A program made the position numbers and the translations under genes. Below the pieces are notes generated by a model, which searched no databases, was not told the origin of the DNA, and saw only the letters and a program-made list of their open reading frames with translations. From assembly GCA_048128005.1 (NCBI GenBank), contig JBEUKZ010000024.1, positions 1-64,000 on the forward strand: 64,000 bases of DNA, given 5' to 3'. Positions 1 through 13,300 of the stretch are shown here, piece by piece; the first letter of the stretch is position 1, and each line of letters opens with the position of its first letter. The DNA is from Veleropilina oligotropha. Taxonomy: Eukaryota.

Positions 1-437
1 ATGGATTATTATTCATGTAATATTGCCTTCACCCAATATAAAAGTTCGTATGTGGTCGTATGTTAAATGCTCTTGAAGCAAACGTGTTATTTTCTGGTGC
101 AAAATGACATATTATCGCTGTGAAGACGTTTGATTTGAACCATTTCAATTTGGCAATCACGTTATAGTCAATGTTTAGCTATGTCTGCAGTCGGGCCCCG
201 GTTTAACGTTTCTATCTGATAGACTTCGTGCATCTGCCTCACCATTCATCAGGCCTATATATACATGTAGGCCTAATTCACAGTTGTGTACTAATTGTGT
301 CGCTAAGCTACTTACGTAATTAGTGTTTCTTTATATTGTACTTGTGTGAACGTATTTCTATTCCATTATATTTCGTTACAACGAAATAAAAATACGAGTT
401 TCATGTCACCCCAGGGCTCCGTATGTCCATTCCTAAA

Positions 438-733
438 TCTTAATATAATGGAGCTATAATTGTATGTGTGTCTGTCTGTCTGTCTGTTTCAAGTTGAACT
501 CCTCCCAGACGCTTTGACCTAGGACCTTCAAACTTTGGGGGGTTAATCGGGGTCCCCCAAGGAAGGTTTACCACGAAAAAAATTCGGAAAATTCGCGAAA
601 AAAAAAAAAAATTTACTATCATTTTTAATATAATGGAGAAAAAAAAAAGAAAAAAAAAGGGAGCACTATCCAAAAAAAAAAAAAAAATTTGGGCTGGGGG
701 GACTTACCCGGCGAAGACGGGTACCATTGCTAG
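438..733 (+). mobile_element. Short non-autonomous Helitron
   Basis: A|TC 5' end at 438, (GTCT)n microsatellite, 3' hairpin CCCG-gcgaaga-CGGG, then CTAG|T end at 733. Confidence 0.65.
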
Positions 734-1675
734 TTATAATAATTATACTAAAGATCATAGAAGCATTATATACATAGCTGATCATGACGTATATCACGCT
801 TTATTATTTAAAAACACATTTGAAAAATATCAGGCGTGCCGTATCAGGGTAAGCAATTTCACGGTAACTTAGATAATTGCCTGCGGTGTTGTTTTATTGG
901 CCCATTATATCAAGAATTAGATGTTGCACATCCCCCGGCTGCATGTTAACACCGCCTAATCCTTGTACAATTTGTCAAGCAGTGGTATCAACGCAAAGTC
1001 CTTCTACAATATCATGTTGGCGCAAATATTATATATTTATATATATTATAAAATAGTCACATGATTAGAACATGCAGTTATGCAATTAAATAGACACGTA
1101 TTAAAGAAATATAATGATTTTTCAAATTCGTTGTTTTATTTGTGCAAGTGAATAAGCCCCAGTTTTGATAAACACGACTGATACTCAGTTGTAAACGAGA
1201 AAAGACCAATTTATCAAAAAACGCAAATCAAAACAGGTCATTACGACACGAGGATATTTTTATTATTATTACGTGCGCCTAATATTTATTGCGTGTTAGC
1301 GTGCATTCTTTCAAAGTTTGTTATTACGTGTGCAAACTTCGTATCAAAGCAGAGCTGTTATCGCCATTTTTATTTTGGTTGATAATACCGAATAGACATA
1401 GTTTGTCGCTTTGTATAGTCAGGGCACAGGCTGGGTTAAACCATACAAAGAATTCGCCGACAAGATTCGATCTTGAAATCCACCAAAATATCGCCATGCA
1501 GTTGAGTGTCTGAGACGCTAACCACTCACCCATCTATGTCTCTGGTTGACAGTGGTAAAGCATGCTAAGAACCCAATGCAACAATATAGTTGACAAGGAC
1601 ATGAAGATGGTGATCATTGTAGATCTGTCTGAGAAGCCAAGAAGGAGCCCAGGATGGTTGTGACCGAGTGATGAT

Positions 1676-1807
1676 ATGGTGATTGGTTGCTCATGGCTTC
1701 CATGGCGCATGGTGATTGGTTGCTCATGGCTTCCATGGCGCATGGTGATTGGCTGCTCATGGCTTCCATGGCGCATGATGATTGGTTGCTCATGGCTTCC
1801 ATGGCGC
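1676..1807. repeat. Tandem repeat, 4 x 33 bp
   Basis: Unit ATGGTGATTGGTTGCTCATGGCTTCCATGGCGC repeated four times with single substitutions. Confidence 0.95.
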
Positions 1808-3539
1808 AACTTGAAACTGGAATGCAAGCGTCACACCCAACTCTTTATGCGCTTTTCTGTATAAATAATCACTGCTTCAAAGATCACATATACGTGTCTA
1901 TATGTGGTTTAACGATAGATTGAAAGTATAGTTTAGTAAAGCACCAACACCCATGCCATTTTACATACAGCACACAACTATAACTCAACGGTTTATAGCG
2001 TGAAGTGTACTCAATTGCACGGGGATGCGAAATGCACCCTTTTGAAAATCAAAAATGCATGTTTGAATTAGACAAAAAACGAAATAAATACTTACTCATT
2101 TTAGTGAAAACGGTTCATAGATGTTGGTAAGAAGTATCGTGTTTGTACTGTCGGAATGCAGGAGAGGGGTTTCACATCATTAATTATCAAAATTTTCTGG
2201 GGGTCTATAGGCGGTCCCCCTCTCGAGAAAATAAAAACTGCTGGTCTTTGATTGTGAAAACCCCCCGAAATATTTCATTATACATTTTAGTGAAAAAAGT
2301 TATGTCAAAATGCAGGAGGGGATCGTGTTTGACACCGTTTCTTGACTTTTCTGGGGATACATGCAGGCGGTCTGGACCCCACGTTTGATAGCAGAAATGC
2401 ATTTGTTAGATTGTGAAAATTATGAAGTACGATATATTAATTTTTAAGAAAGTTGGACCCCCCTTTTCAAAATCCTGGATCCGCCCCTGATATCATTATG
2501 GTGTCCATTCGCGCCCTGTTTGCCTTCATCAGGTCCATTTGTCTACCTGATTGAAAATGGTTCTGGATAACCATGTGAAGTATTTTGTTGCCTTTGACGA
2601 GCATGCAGAAATATGACATGGTGGTTTCGTTGTATTCAGCAGATATAAAAGCATTGGAACATGATAATTTTGGAATATATCGACAACTTCTTTATGATTG
2701 TATTGTAGTAAAGAAGAGAGCAAAATACGTTTCTGTACCATCTGACCGTGTATATAACACGAGAACCGTTTGATGAAACTCGACTTTATGGCATTATATC
2801 CTAATAGCCTTTTTATCAGAAGAAGTCCCTACATTGTAATGTTAGAAAAAGTAAACTTATATGAACTTTGCAACCACACATGCAGCGATCGTTTATTTGA
2901 ATTTTTGGAGATATTCCTCAAAGACAGCACCAAAGAAAACTGATGCTTCTTGCACAGTTTGGCAGCTGAAACATGAACATTACATTATTCGTACGTTTTT
3001 TGTAATAATTAAAATCTCGCATATATTTGAAAGTCATGGTGATCGACTATGACCATATATGACAGCGTTTGTCATGCAAAGATGAAAACAAGTCGATCCT
3101 TGTTATGGAGGCAAAACGGCGGTCCCACACCGTGATTTTTTCATAGCGGTGGGTTTTTTGTCGGGAAATTCTTTTTCAAAATGGCCGCTTTGAGATTCAC
3201 TGCATGTCTGCAAGACAAGGATCACGTAATACGACATAATTCAATGCAGGTATCTGCAATAATTGTATAACATACGATACGGCTGTCAAAATGCGATGCG
3301 ATAGTGTCACACTCGCTGCGATCATGCACGTACGATACGATGTCGAAAGATTGAACATGTGGTTAACATTTTCAAGTTTTCGCTGCGACCAGACCGCCTG
3401 AAAAGCGGAGAATACTGCAGTAGCACACGGTGCAAATTGACATATGTTAAATTATTTAAACCGATCTTCCAATAATTGAAGATAGGCCCATGTTCAATTC
3501 AAACGATGATAGGTTCAATAGAGGAACTCCGACATTTAA

Positions 3540-6493
3540 GGGACTGGTCATTTATTATAGGGGTGGGGGCTGGGAAGGGGGTGGGTCATGAAAAAACAGT
3601 GTTTGGGGGGTGTGTCGTGAAAAAATTACACAAATTTTGTAATACACAGAATGCAGGAGAGGGTGTTTCACACCTTTAATTGATCACAGGTTGTGAAAAT
3701 TTGACTCTATAGTACCCCTTTTGAAAATGATAGAGATTTTACGGCGGGGTCATGATAAAAAGTATAGTGTAATACTTTGGTGAAAATTATTCAAAAAGGT
3801 CAAAATTACGTGTTTGGTTTGGACTCTCAGAATGCAGGAGAGGGGATTTCCAGTGGCATGGGAGCCGGGGGTGTAGTTTCTATGTATGCACCATCTCCAT
3901 AATTGACTTTACCATCTATTTTAGATCAAAATCCGTTCTCGAGCGAAATCTGCTCTCGATCAACCATACCCACTTTATGCAAAGGTGTGCGATTTTTATA
4001 CAATAAGCGGGGTATTTCACCCCCCCCCCCCCCCCAATATTTTACTGATGCCCATAGACAGAAGACATAAAGTATATATCTGAGTTCATAGCTTTTATCA
4101 CGCGTACAATATATCCTTGAGATATCTGCATGTGCAGACAGTCACCATTCAAGGGAGTATAATTATTATACAGGAGATTGGGTATGAGGCTATATTACAT
4201 GCCAACACCTATTATGAAGTGGTGAAAGGATTCGTAAATATTGTTAAGAAATATCACATTTACATCATCAGAATACAGGAGAAGGTGTTTCGCACGGTTA
4301 ATTGTCAAAAATTTCTTCTATGGAATGGTGAAATGATTCGTAATGTTGTTAAGAAGGATCACATTTACATCATCAGAATACAGGAGAGGGTGTTTCGCAC
4401 GGTTATTTGTCAAAAAATTCTTCCCAGGGGGAACAGGGTCCCACGACGCATGCCATTGATAGTATAATTTGACCCCGTAAGGGCCTTCAAAGTCCTGTTG
4501 ACCATCATGTCTGCCTCAATGTTGTAATCCCTGGTCATATATACAGCTGCATATTATATTTCAAAAATGATTCAAAGATGTTGGTAAGAAATAGCACATT
4601 ATCGATCTCAGAATACAGGAGAGGGTGTATCACAAGGTTAAGTGTTAAAATTTTCTTCCGCGTGGGGCCTCGCCCCCACGGAGACCATTGATGTAGGGCT
4701 CAAAATTACCTTTATTTAAAATTAGTTATGCAAAGTCCCCTTTTTCTGTCTTACCCCCCCCCCCCCCCCAATCCAAAATTGCTTCCTACGCCACTGGTTT
4801 CACGTCATTAATTTTTATAAATTTTTATCTGCTTTAAGGGTGGGTCATGGAACAAATGTGTTTGGTGTGGTAAGAAACATCAGGTTTGCTCTATCAGATT
4901 ACAGGAGAAGTTTCACATAGCTGATTGTCCAAATTATCCTCTGCACGGGGAGGGAGGGGACATGCGTGGACAGTTCATAACAAATTGTAACAGTTGGACC
5001 CTACCCCTTTTCAAAATGATTAGGCTTTAGGGGCGGGTCGTGAAATAATTACACAATGTTCTACAAAATTCAACCAACTTGATGAAAATGGTTCATAAAT
5101 GTCGGTAAAAATACCACGATTGCAATCTCAAAATGCAGGACAGTTGAATTCAATTGAATTAGTGTGTTACGACCATGCCAACAATATCGGATTCGAGTAA
5201 AGCGACTTAAAAGATTAAAATTACTAGATATATTAGAAACAGTATTCAATTTTTACATATGAGACATGCAGTGAAATCAACATAATATAAATTTGCTAAA
5301 AAATTTAACCCGCAGTTTTGTAAAAGTAAAAGGGTTATATTAGCTTCTTTTAAAAACCTAAAATGACATCAATTTTAATATTACTAAATAGTTTTTGAAG
5401 TGAGAATGCCTTAAAATATTTTTGACGCATTGTGTGTAAATCAACACAGTCCAATAAAATATGTTTGACTGTTAGGACAGTAGCCCAAGGAACACTCAGG
5501 TGGAGGCTCCCCTTTTAAGCAAGTATGAGTGATTCCAGTTTATTTTTTGGTGGCCCTGAACGGAAAGTTGGATCTGTTAGACGGGTGGTGCAGCCTGACT
5601 GTGGGGTTCGGCGTTTTCTATTCGGTGCGTGTGCGACATCCAAGGCAACTACAAAGAAACAAGTCAAATATAAAGTAAAGAGGTCGAAATCACATAAACT
5701 GTGGAAAACCTTGTAAAACACGAAATAATCAACAACAAGTATGGTGAGAATGCCAAATTATCGGTCTGGCCAAGACGATCCTTTCACGACGCAGGAACCT
5801 GTAAGAGGGGCCCCACTCACCAAGAAGATCCTGGACATTCTGCAGTTTATGAGTCATCCAAACAACATTGCCATGTAGTTTAAATGTAGAATCTGTACTT
5901 AAAGGGGCACTTTATATCCTGAAACGCACCCCAAGTTTTAGTAACTCTCACAGTTCGGTTATGATTTTACGCTTTTTTAAGTTGATCGACTTGTCCATAT
6001 TTCTTGACATGACAATTAAGTCGCGAGTCGATCGCACGCTAGAAAATGGGTTCTATAAATAGTCACAGCCTCGTTCGAGGAAACTTAACTGCAGTGATTT
6101 TCCTTGATTTCAAGGTATACAGTGCTCCTTTAAATCTTAATACGGAATTTTAAAACTTATACGTTGGTTAATTTGTAAAGCTGACTTGCTGCTTTATCTG
6201 CATTTTCATTGCCTTCGATGATAATATGGCTTGGTATCCAGCTTAAAATGATGTTTTTTTGTATTTGAGCAATAAATGTTGCATAAATACTGCGTAGACA
6301 ATTAAGAATATATTGTAACAATTGGACCCCATTTCAAAATTCAGACCCCCCTGGGGGTGGGTCATGAAAAAAAGACACGGTCTGAAGGTGGGTCATGAAA
6401 AAAGACACACGGTCCGGGGGTGGGTCACCATTTTTCGACACTCAGTAGACTATTTCCACCAGCCCACCCCCCCTATAATAAATGACCAGTCCC
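3540..6493. mobile_element. Non-autonomous TIR DNA transposon (about 2.95 kb, TAA TSD; PIF/Harbinger- or Zator-like) carrying nested MITEs
   Basis: GGGACTGGTCATTTATTATAGGGG at 3540 and its reverse complement ending at 6493; TAA on both flanks; no transposase ORF. Confidence 0.65.
5899..6133. mobile_element. Kolobok-like MITE with TTAA flanks
   Basis: TTAA-AGGGGCACTTTATATCCTGAAA versus TTTCAAGGTATACAGTGCTCCT-TTAA, an imperfect TIR pair. Confidence 0.55.
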
Positions 6494-7137
6494 TAATTAT
6501 TACTTTTATATGTCTACAGCAAGTTACAGATAATACCTACCTGTATGGTCTGAGCTTTGATGCATCATGACATCTCATTATAATGAAGGTCATCTCGTTT
6601 TCAGCAGATTGATCATCTCCATCAATGAAACTTACATGTATGGAGCCCAAATTAGAATACATGTATATATTCAATTATTAAAACCCATCTTCAAATAATT
6701 GAAGATACGGTAGGTTCATTTCAATTGAACATATATTCTTTTCAATCGAAGATGGGTTCAATTCATTTGAAGATATCTTCGAATATCAACAAATCTGCAA
6801 TTGAATTTAGACGTATCTTCAATCAAATTGAACCTGAAAGTGGAAACGTAAAACATGGAATCTGAAATAACATTAATTGTGGACAGTAAAATGTCACCTA
6901 AATTGCAAATTCTGCTAAAAATGGTTGAAATATTGAATTTGCTTCCAGTCTTTCAATTGAATTTGGAACGAAATATGTTTTTACAATGATTTTCATCACA
7001 GATCATAAGTGAAAGGTTTCAGAAAATTCCCACGGAGTTATGTAACAGTCTGCACTATTTGATTGTTTCTTAAAAAAACTTAATATTTAATTACTGGATA
7101 ACATTTTAGTCATATCTTTTCCAGAAACCGTCTAGTA

Positions 7138-7330
7138 ATGAGGCTGTGGGTATTTTCTTTGCTGTTGCTGGTTTGGTCCCGTGCTCTGGGACAAGTGACG
7201 GAGCAGTCATGTGACGTTAGCCAAGGTACGGTGGACTTAGCGATGACAGGAGCATACGCTGTAATTGGAGGCCTGTTTGACATCCACCAATCAGGAGCGC
7301 CAAATGCCGGCTGTGGACCAATCAATCTTG
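7138..7330 (+). CDS. GPCR-1 coding exon 1 (signal peptide, start of VFT1)
   Basis: ATG at 7138, motif IGGLFDIH...CG, donor G|GTGAG; an acceptor at 7124 implies an upstream non-coding exon. Confidence 0.85.
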
Positions 7331-10300
7331 GTGAGACATAAATATACTTCAGTAGGTCAATATAAAGCGTCTGACGACTTGTTCAGCGCCCATTGGCTAA
7401 AAGTCGATTTACGATCTGTGCTAAATATTCCATGCTAATAATACTAAAGTTTATGAATACATCCGTATCTTGATTTTGTTTCATCCACATGAGTTATTCC
7501 TCATACTAGTTTTGGAAGGGAGACCAGGCGCGGATCCAGGGGGGGCGCACCCGCGTGCGCCCCCTAAAGTTGGCCAAGCATACTAAAATAATATGTATAA
7601 TCTGATATAAATGACTTTCAGAACATTATAAATAGGTTGTTGCAATGTAATAATGCAGGAGGGGGGATTTCACATCGTTAATTGTCAAAATTTTCTTGCG
7701 CGTGGGGCGCCGACCCCACACGGACAATTCGATTATGACAAAATAAAATAATAATTTGACTCTTGCTATTTGAGTGACGGTGGTTCATAAAAAGTTAGAA
7801 TGAAATATCGCTTTTGCCCTGTCAGATTGCAGGAGAGGGAGTTTCAGGCTGTTGATTCTCAAAATTTTCTTTCGCGTGGGCCTGGATCCGCGCCTGGAGA
7901 CCGGAGTCACATATTATTATATGCTGTATTTATGGCTGTACTTACCAGTATATTTATTTTATCAGACATGGTCCAGGTCTTCGAAGCAGCTAAATGGGCG
8001 CTTAATGAAGTCAATTCGGTCAGGCTTCCGAATCGACGTATAGGTAAGTAACCTATTTTGTGCACAAATTATTTCAAAATAATCTCATGACCTAAAATGT
8101 TTCTGGGAGTTACGTAATATGGGCATCCTCGGACGTTCCTCCAATGACAGCGGTCCATCTACACATAAGTTGTTCTGGATCCATCCCTATATACTGTATA
8201 TATTTCAACCCATTAAAACACATTCTTGGAACCACAGAATTCAGGAGAAACCATACACTTCATGAGCATGATATTTGAACAATAGACTCATAGTGTCACC
8301 TGCTCCTTTGTTGCCGTTAACAATTCAAACAATGGATTAATTCGGGTTGCTGTCCGGTGACAATGGATTTGACAAGTTGCCAGCACCATTTCAGTGGAAG
8401 TGTCGACTCTCATATTAAGCCGATGAGCCTGTTATGATGGGCAATTCATTGTTGTAAGAGGTTACAGCTTGCAATTTGCAATAGAGTTTCATGGTGTGTA
8501 TGACAGATAATGCACTGACACCCCTCAGCAATATCTACATAATGCCCCTCGCTTGGGGTGGCAGTGTATTATCTATTGCATACATTGGTGAGCTTCAGTT
8601 CATATCATATCCTGTCCGCTCCTATGGTTTCAGCTGCAGACTCGCTGGCTTGATTCCACCCGAGCAGTAGTGGGTTAGTATCTCGGTTGGGACATTGGCA
8701 TTTTTCGTTCAGTTAGGAATCACAGTTGTCCATAACGGTTTGGAGATTGAAGAATTCCCTTGGTTTCCTCCTCGAATAATATGGACATTTTCTGCTTTGA
8801 ACCTGATGGTTGTAAATATACATGATATTAAGCATCGATCCAATTCAATCATATTGATCATGGCGGTGGGAATGGTAACACGATGAACCTACTGATCAAG
8901 TAAACTACTGGAGCATTGCACGGTCTCATCTGGTGTGACGAAAACCCCAATATGAGAAAAGGAAATGCAGGTTTGTATGTATATATTTTTATATATCTAC
9001 ATTTTTGCTTCATTATCAGGGATGAAGGCGTACGATACCTGCAGCTCAGCTGATATTGCCGTCAACCGCTTTCTGGACTTTTATCCGGAGTACCAATCGA
9101 TGAATTACAACTGTAGTCAAAGTCCTACAAATGTAAACCTGGGTAAGATTCCACAGAATTATCAACAATTCATATAAAACCATTTTAGCTATGAATTTAA
9201 TCTAAACTCTGATGCCGCTGGAACATTGGATAGCCAACCTTGTCATTTCGCACACATGCAGCGTGAATCACTGCAAATAACGCAGAGGAGTTATTATGGT
9301 TAAGAAGGGGGGATTATCGAGTTGGTGCTGGTCTACTAATGGGATGTCACAGGTTCAAGCACCGGGAGTGCCGGGGATTTTTCCAATGATTGCTGCACCA
9401 TTAATTTCATCATTCAAAGTTGATTGACCCAATTTATAACTGAAATACTGTTGGCGTGGTCGTTAAACATCTATTCATCATCATCTATACAAATTTATGG
9501 TTAAGTGTGCAAAGTTCCTTAAAAACACATTGAATATTAAATCCCAGCGGTGAGTTATTCGAGAGGATAGATTGTGGGTTCATATTTCACCCGCTTGACT
9601 GCTCTGTCTAACAGGAGTGGGTTAGAATCTACGGCTGTGCAATTGGTTCAGCTAACAGTCAAAGTTGTCCATATATGTCAGGTTTTCCCTTGTGTATATG
9701 CTTTCTTTCTGCATTATAATGACATGTTCTGATATGACCCTAGCCTGAAATCAAAAGGCTGTTAAAAATTGGGCATCACTGAGCATCAACCTGCACGGTG
9801 CCACTTATAAATTAGTATGAAATTGAAAATTATCAATACACTATAAACAGATATAAATCTTATGGTGACATATTTGACGCCAACAATCTCACATGGTTTT
9901 CATGCACTGTCAGAATGTAAAATGCAAGTAAATAATTTAACATTATGACAGCACTTGAAAACAATAGCATCATTTGGTGCTCTTTCGGTGCTTCCCCCAC
10001 AGCTCCGGCTTTTATTTGTCTTAAATTCATGGCCTATGATAAGATACACGTGATGGGTACGTAGTTGTATTGGCTTTACAAACGTATATACACCGGACCG
10101 CCCCGTGATCCTGGACTGACCGAGGTTCACCTGTTGCTAGTCCCCATGGATTTAACATTAACGACGCGTCCAAAGTCGTCCTTTTATCGGAGATGAAAAA
10201 CCGGATTTCCAAAGTTGAGTAAAAGCCGGAGCTCGGGGGGAAGTACCGATAGAGCGCCCATATTTTTACTGGGAACATTTGATCAAACATACATTACATA

Positions 10301-13300
10301 TGAAACAAAATTTATGAATCATGCCATTTTCCCAGGAATCCTCGGGCCCTATGGCAGTGCTAGTGCTATAGCTGTGTCCAAACTTGCCAGCATGGATATT
10401 CCAGCTCCAATCCTGTCTCCAGGCGCATCGACACCGGAACTCGACGACAATAAGGAAGCTCCATTTTTTATTCGAACCATCCAATCAGACTCCAGTAAAG
10501 TGAAGGTATATAATGTATTAACTTGCTTTCATCACAAATTCTCTCTTCTGATTGGCTGACGTTGTTTTATTAACTGAAGATAAACCCCACCCAGGGTTGG
10601 TTTATGAAAATCAAAATTTTCATCATTTGAAAAACTTTGAGTTGGCGTTACTGAAGTCGTCTGCAACTTTGAATGCCTATACATCACGGTTATGATTATA
10701 TATAACAGCAGTGTTATGAGCCAAGTCAGGAGTTTGATCTTTCAGGATTGCATGTACCTTATAACGTTAAACCTTATAAACGTTTAACGTCATGCAGTAT
10801 TCAATGCACAGTGATTACCTCGACAACTTATAATCAACCACAAAAATTGAATATTTCCTATTCAATAAAAAACTGTTTCATATTTGAAGTTAAACATATG
10901 GTATAAATAAGTCAAAGTATCGTATAGTTGTCGGTTGCGCAAGAGTATATCCTGTTCCATACCATACCATCAGCATCACTAGGTCACGCTATAATGATAC
11001 CAGCATTTTGAATTTATCAATTATGATTTTACATTCCATATACTGGTAGCAGGCCAGAAGTTTGTCAGGCCAGGTGTGTGCGGACTGCTTGGACCTGCCA
11101 TTGACGAAAATTTTGTCCGACCAGAATGCTATGGATTAGTGGTTTGATTGAAGCTTATCTCCCTTGTTGACATGTACACTTGACAATTAATTTGACTAGG
11201 GCTGTTTACCAATATATTTCTGTTTCATTTCAAAGTGTTACACATGCCATTTTGTGAAATATATCTTATCATTAATGTTAAATGACTTTCATTATATATT
11301 GGTACTATAAATGCCTATCCATATTCATGAATGCGATATGTTTTCTTTCCATTTTAGGCCATTGTGGCTTTATTAAAGCATCTCGTATGGAATCGGGTCG
11401 TGGTTTTCTACTCAGACGATTTGTATGGTGCAGGCGGCTATGAGAAGCTCGTTGAAGTGGCGTATCAAGAAAACGTTTGTCTTGTGCATGGCATCAGCAT
11501 TTCATCCAACATGGATCCGGCTGCCATTCAGGACCGATACCAGTTGGCTATCAACAGTGGCGTTCGAGGGGCAGTTTTCTTCGGTACCGAAAGTATCGCC
11601 AGACTACTGATGTCTGCGATAACTCCATCATATCCGTGGGTATTCAGCGATCTCGATACAAGCCAGCCAACGAAATACAGCTCAAAATTCTACAATTCTT
11701 TCGTCATCTCATCCCAGTCCACTGTAGTCCGTGGGTTTAGAGACTACTGGGTTCGACTTAATCCTAACACGCATGTAGATAATCCATGGTACGTGGAATG
11801 GTACACGACGACCAACCAGTGCAATCTAGGCAGCTGTCCTGTGAAGTCGTTTACACAGAGAGAGAGCGAATACCAGCAGAGCCCCCTGGTGGAAGCGACG
11901 ATTGCCGGAATTTATGCATACGATCGGGCACTCACTGCAATAGAAGCCCCCTTTTCTCAAAATATACAAGACATGACACCAAATCAAGTCTACGATTACA
12001 TAAAAGATGTAGATTTCACTATTGCAGATATCGGCCAGGTTGCGTTTGATTCAAATGGAAATTTTCGCACAGGTTACATGTACGACATATTCAGATTCGA
12101 AACCACTTCTTTGTTTTCAATGGTATGTATGATGCTGCTGTTATATCAATAATTTATAAAACATTTATCACATTTTATGTCAATCTATATAATTGCGTTC
12201 AACATGTATAATATATTATTTCAATTTGTTGAGGTAAACACACTTAACAGATAACTTGAATTTTGTGAATACATGACATTTTAATATTAAAATAAAGGTC
12301 GTAAGCTAGAGACAGCTCTGTGCATATTTTCACCATGTTAAAGTTTGCCACTGCCATACCATGCGTCATGGAATTATAGCCTTAACATTGATATTAATTT
12401 CATTCCAGTTCATGCGCAAAACATATTGTACAGTTACGACAATGGTATTTCATAATTAACAACATTCGCAAGATAAAATGGGCATATCCAAATAATATTT
12501 TTAGTACAAAAGTACATATCGTACCGGTACGGGTATTTCCTGCATAATATTATGCCCAATTATCTTTTTCAGGTTGGGAACTATTCCAGCACAACGCGTA
12601 CACTGCTTTTGGACGTGTCCGGAATACCCGCTTCCGACTGTGTGGCCACTGGATGCAATGATTGTATTCTTCCACAAAATATGCTGGACTACACCTATAT
12701 TTCCGGAGACATTCTGATTGGTGGAGCTTTTATCAGCCATGTGGCAGGTAGCGAGCCACTGACGTGCGGGGAACTCGACGTGTTTTCCTTGCAGCACATT
12801 ACGGCCACATTATACGCGATGAATAACTTAAAGGTCGCTTTTCCATCTATCCTTCCAGGCGTTGATCTCGGACTGATCTACTTCGATTACTGCACAAATG
12901 AATGGCTTGCAAAATCGTTTGTATCCGGCTTGCTCAGTGGGCGATTGCGTCTGAAAGACGATAAAAATAGAAGAATTGAATCCGGCGAAATCAAAGCGTT
13001 CATTGAGACCGTTCCGAATCCGGCGTTTATGGCAGAGTTGCTGGGTTCCTACCACATGCCAAGCATCAATCCGTGGGCCACGAACCCAGTGCTCAGCGAT
13101 ACAACCATCTATCCTTATTTCACTCGCACAGTCCCGGACGACACGCATCAAGTGATAGCGATGTTAAAAATCGTGCAAAAAATGGGATGGTCTCACGTTC
13201 AGGTTATTTATGTAGCAGAGACTTACGGTCGTGGCGCCTTGGAGCAGATTCGAAAACTCGGTACCAGAATGTCGATCTGCGTATCAGCATCGTACGAATT

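Noticed and set aside
1534..1923. Overlapping ORFs with repeated peptides (e.g. MRHGSHEQPIT)
   Set aside because: Artefact of the stop-free 33-bp tandem repeat; no splice context or domain
4117..4467. 116-aa ORF with an internal repeat
   Set aside because: Lies in a local duplication of about 104 bp within MITE-derived sequence
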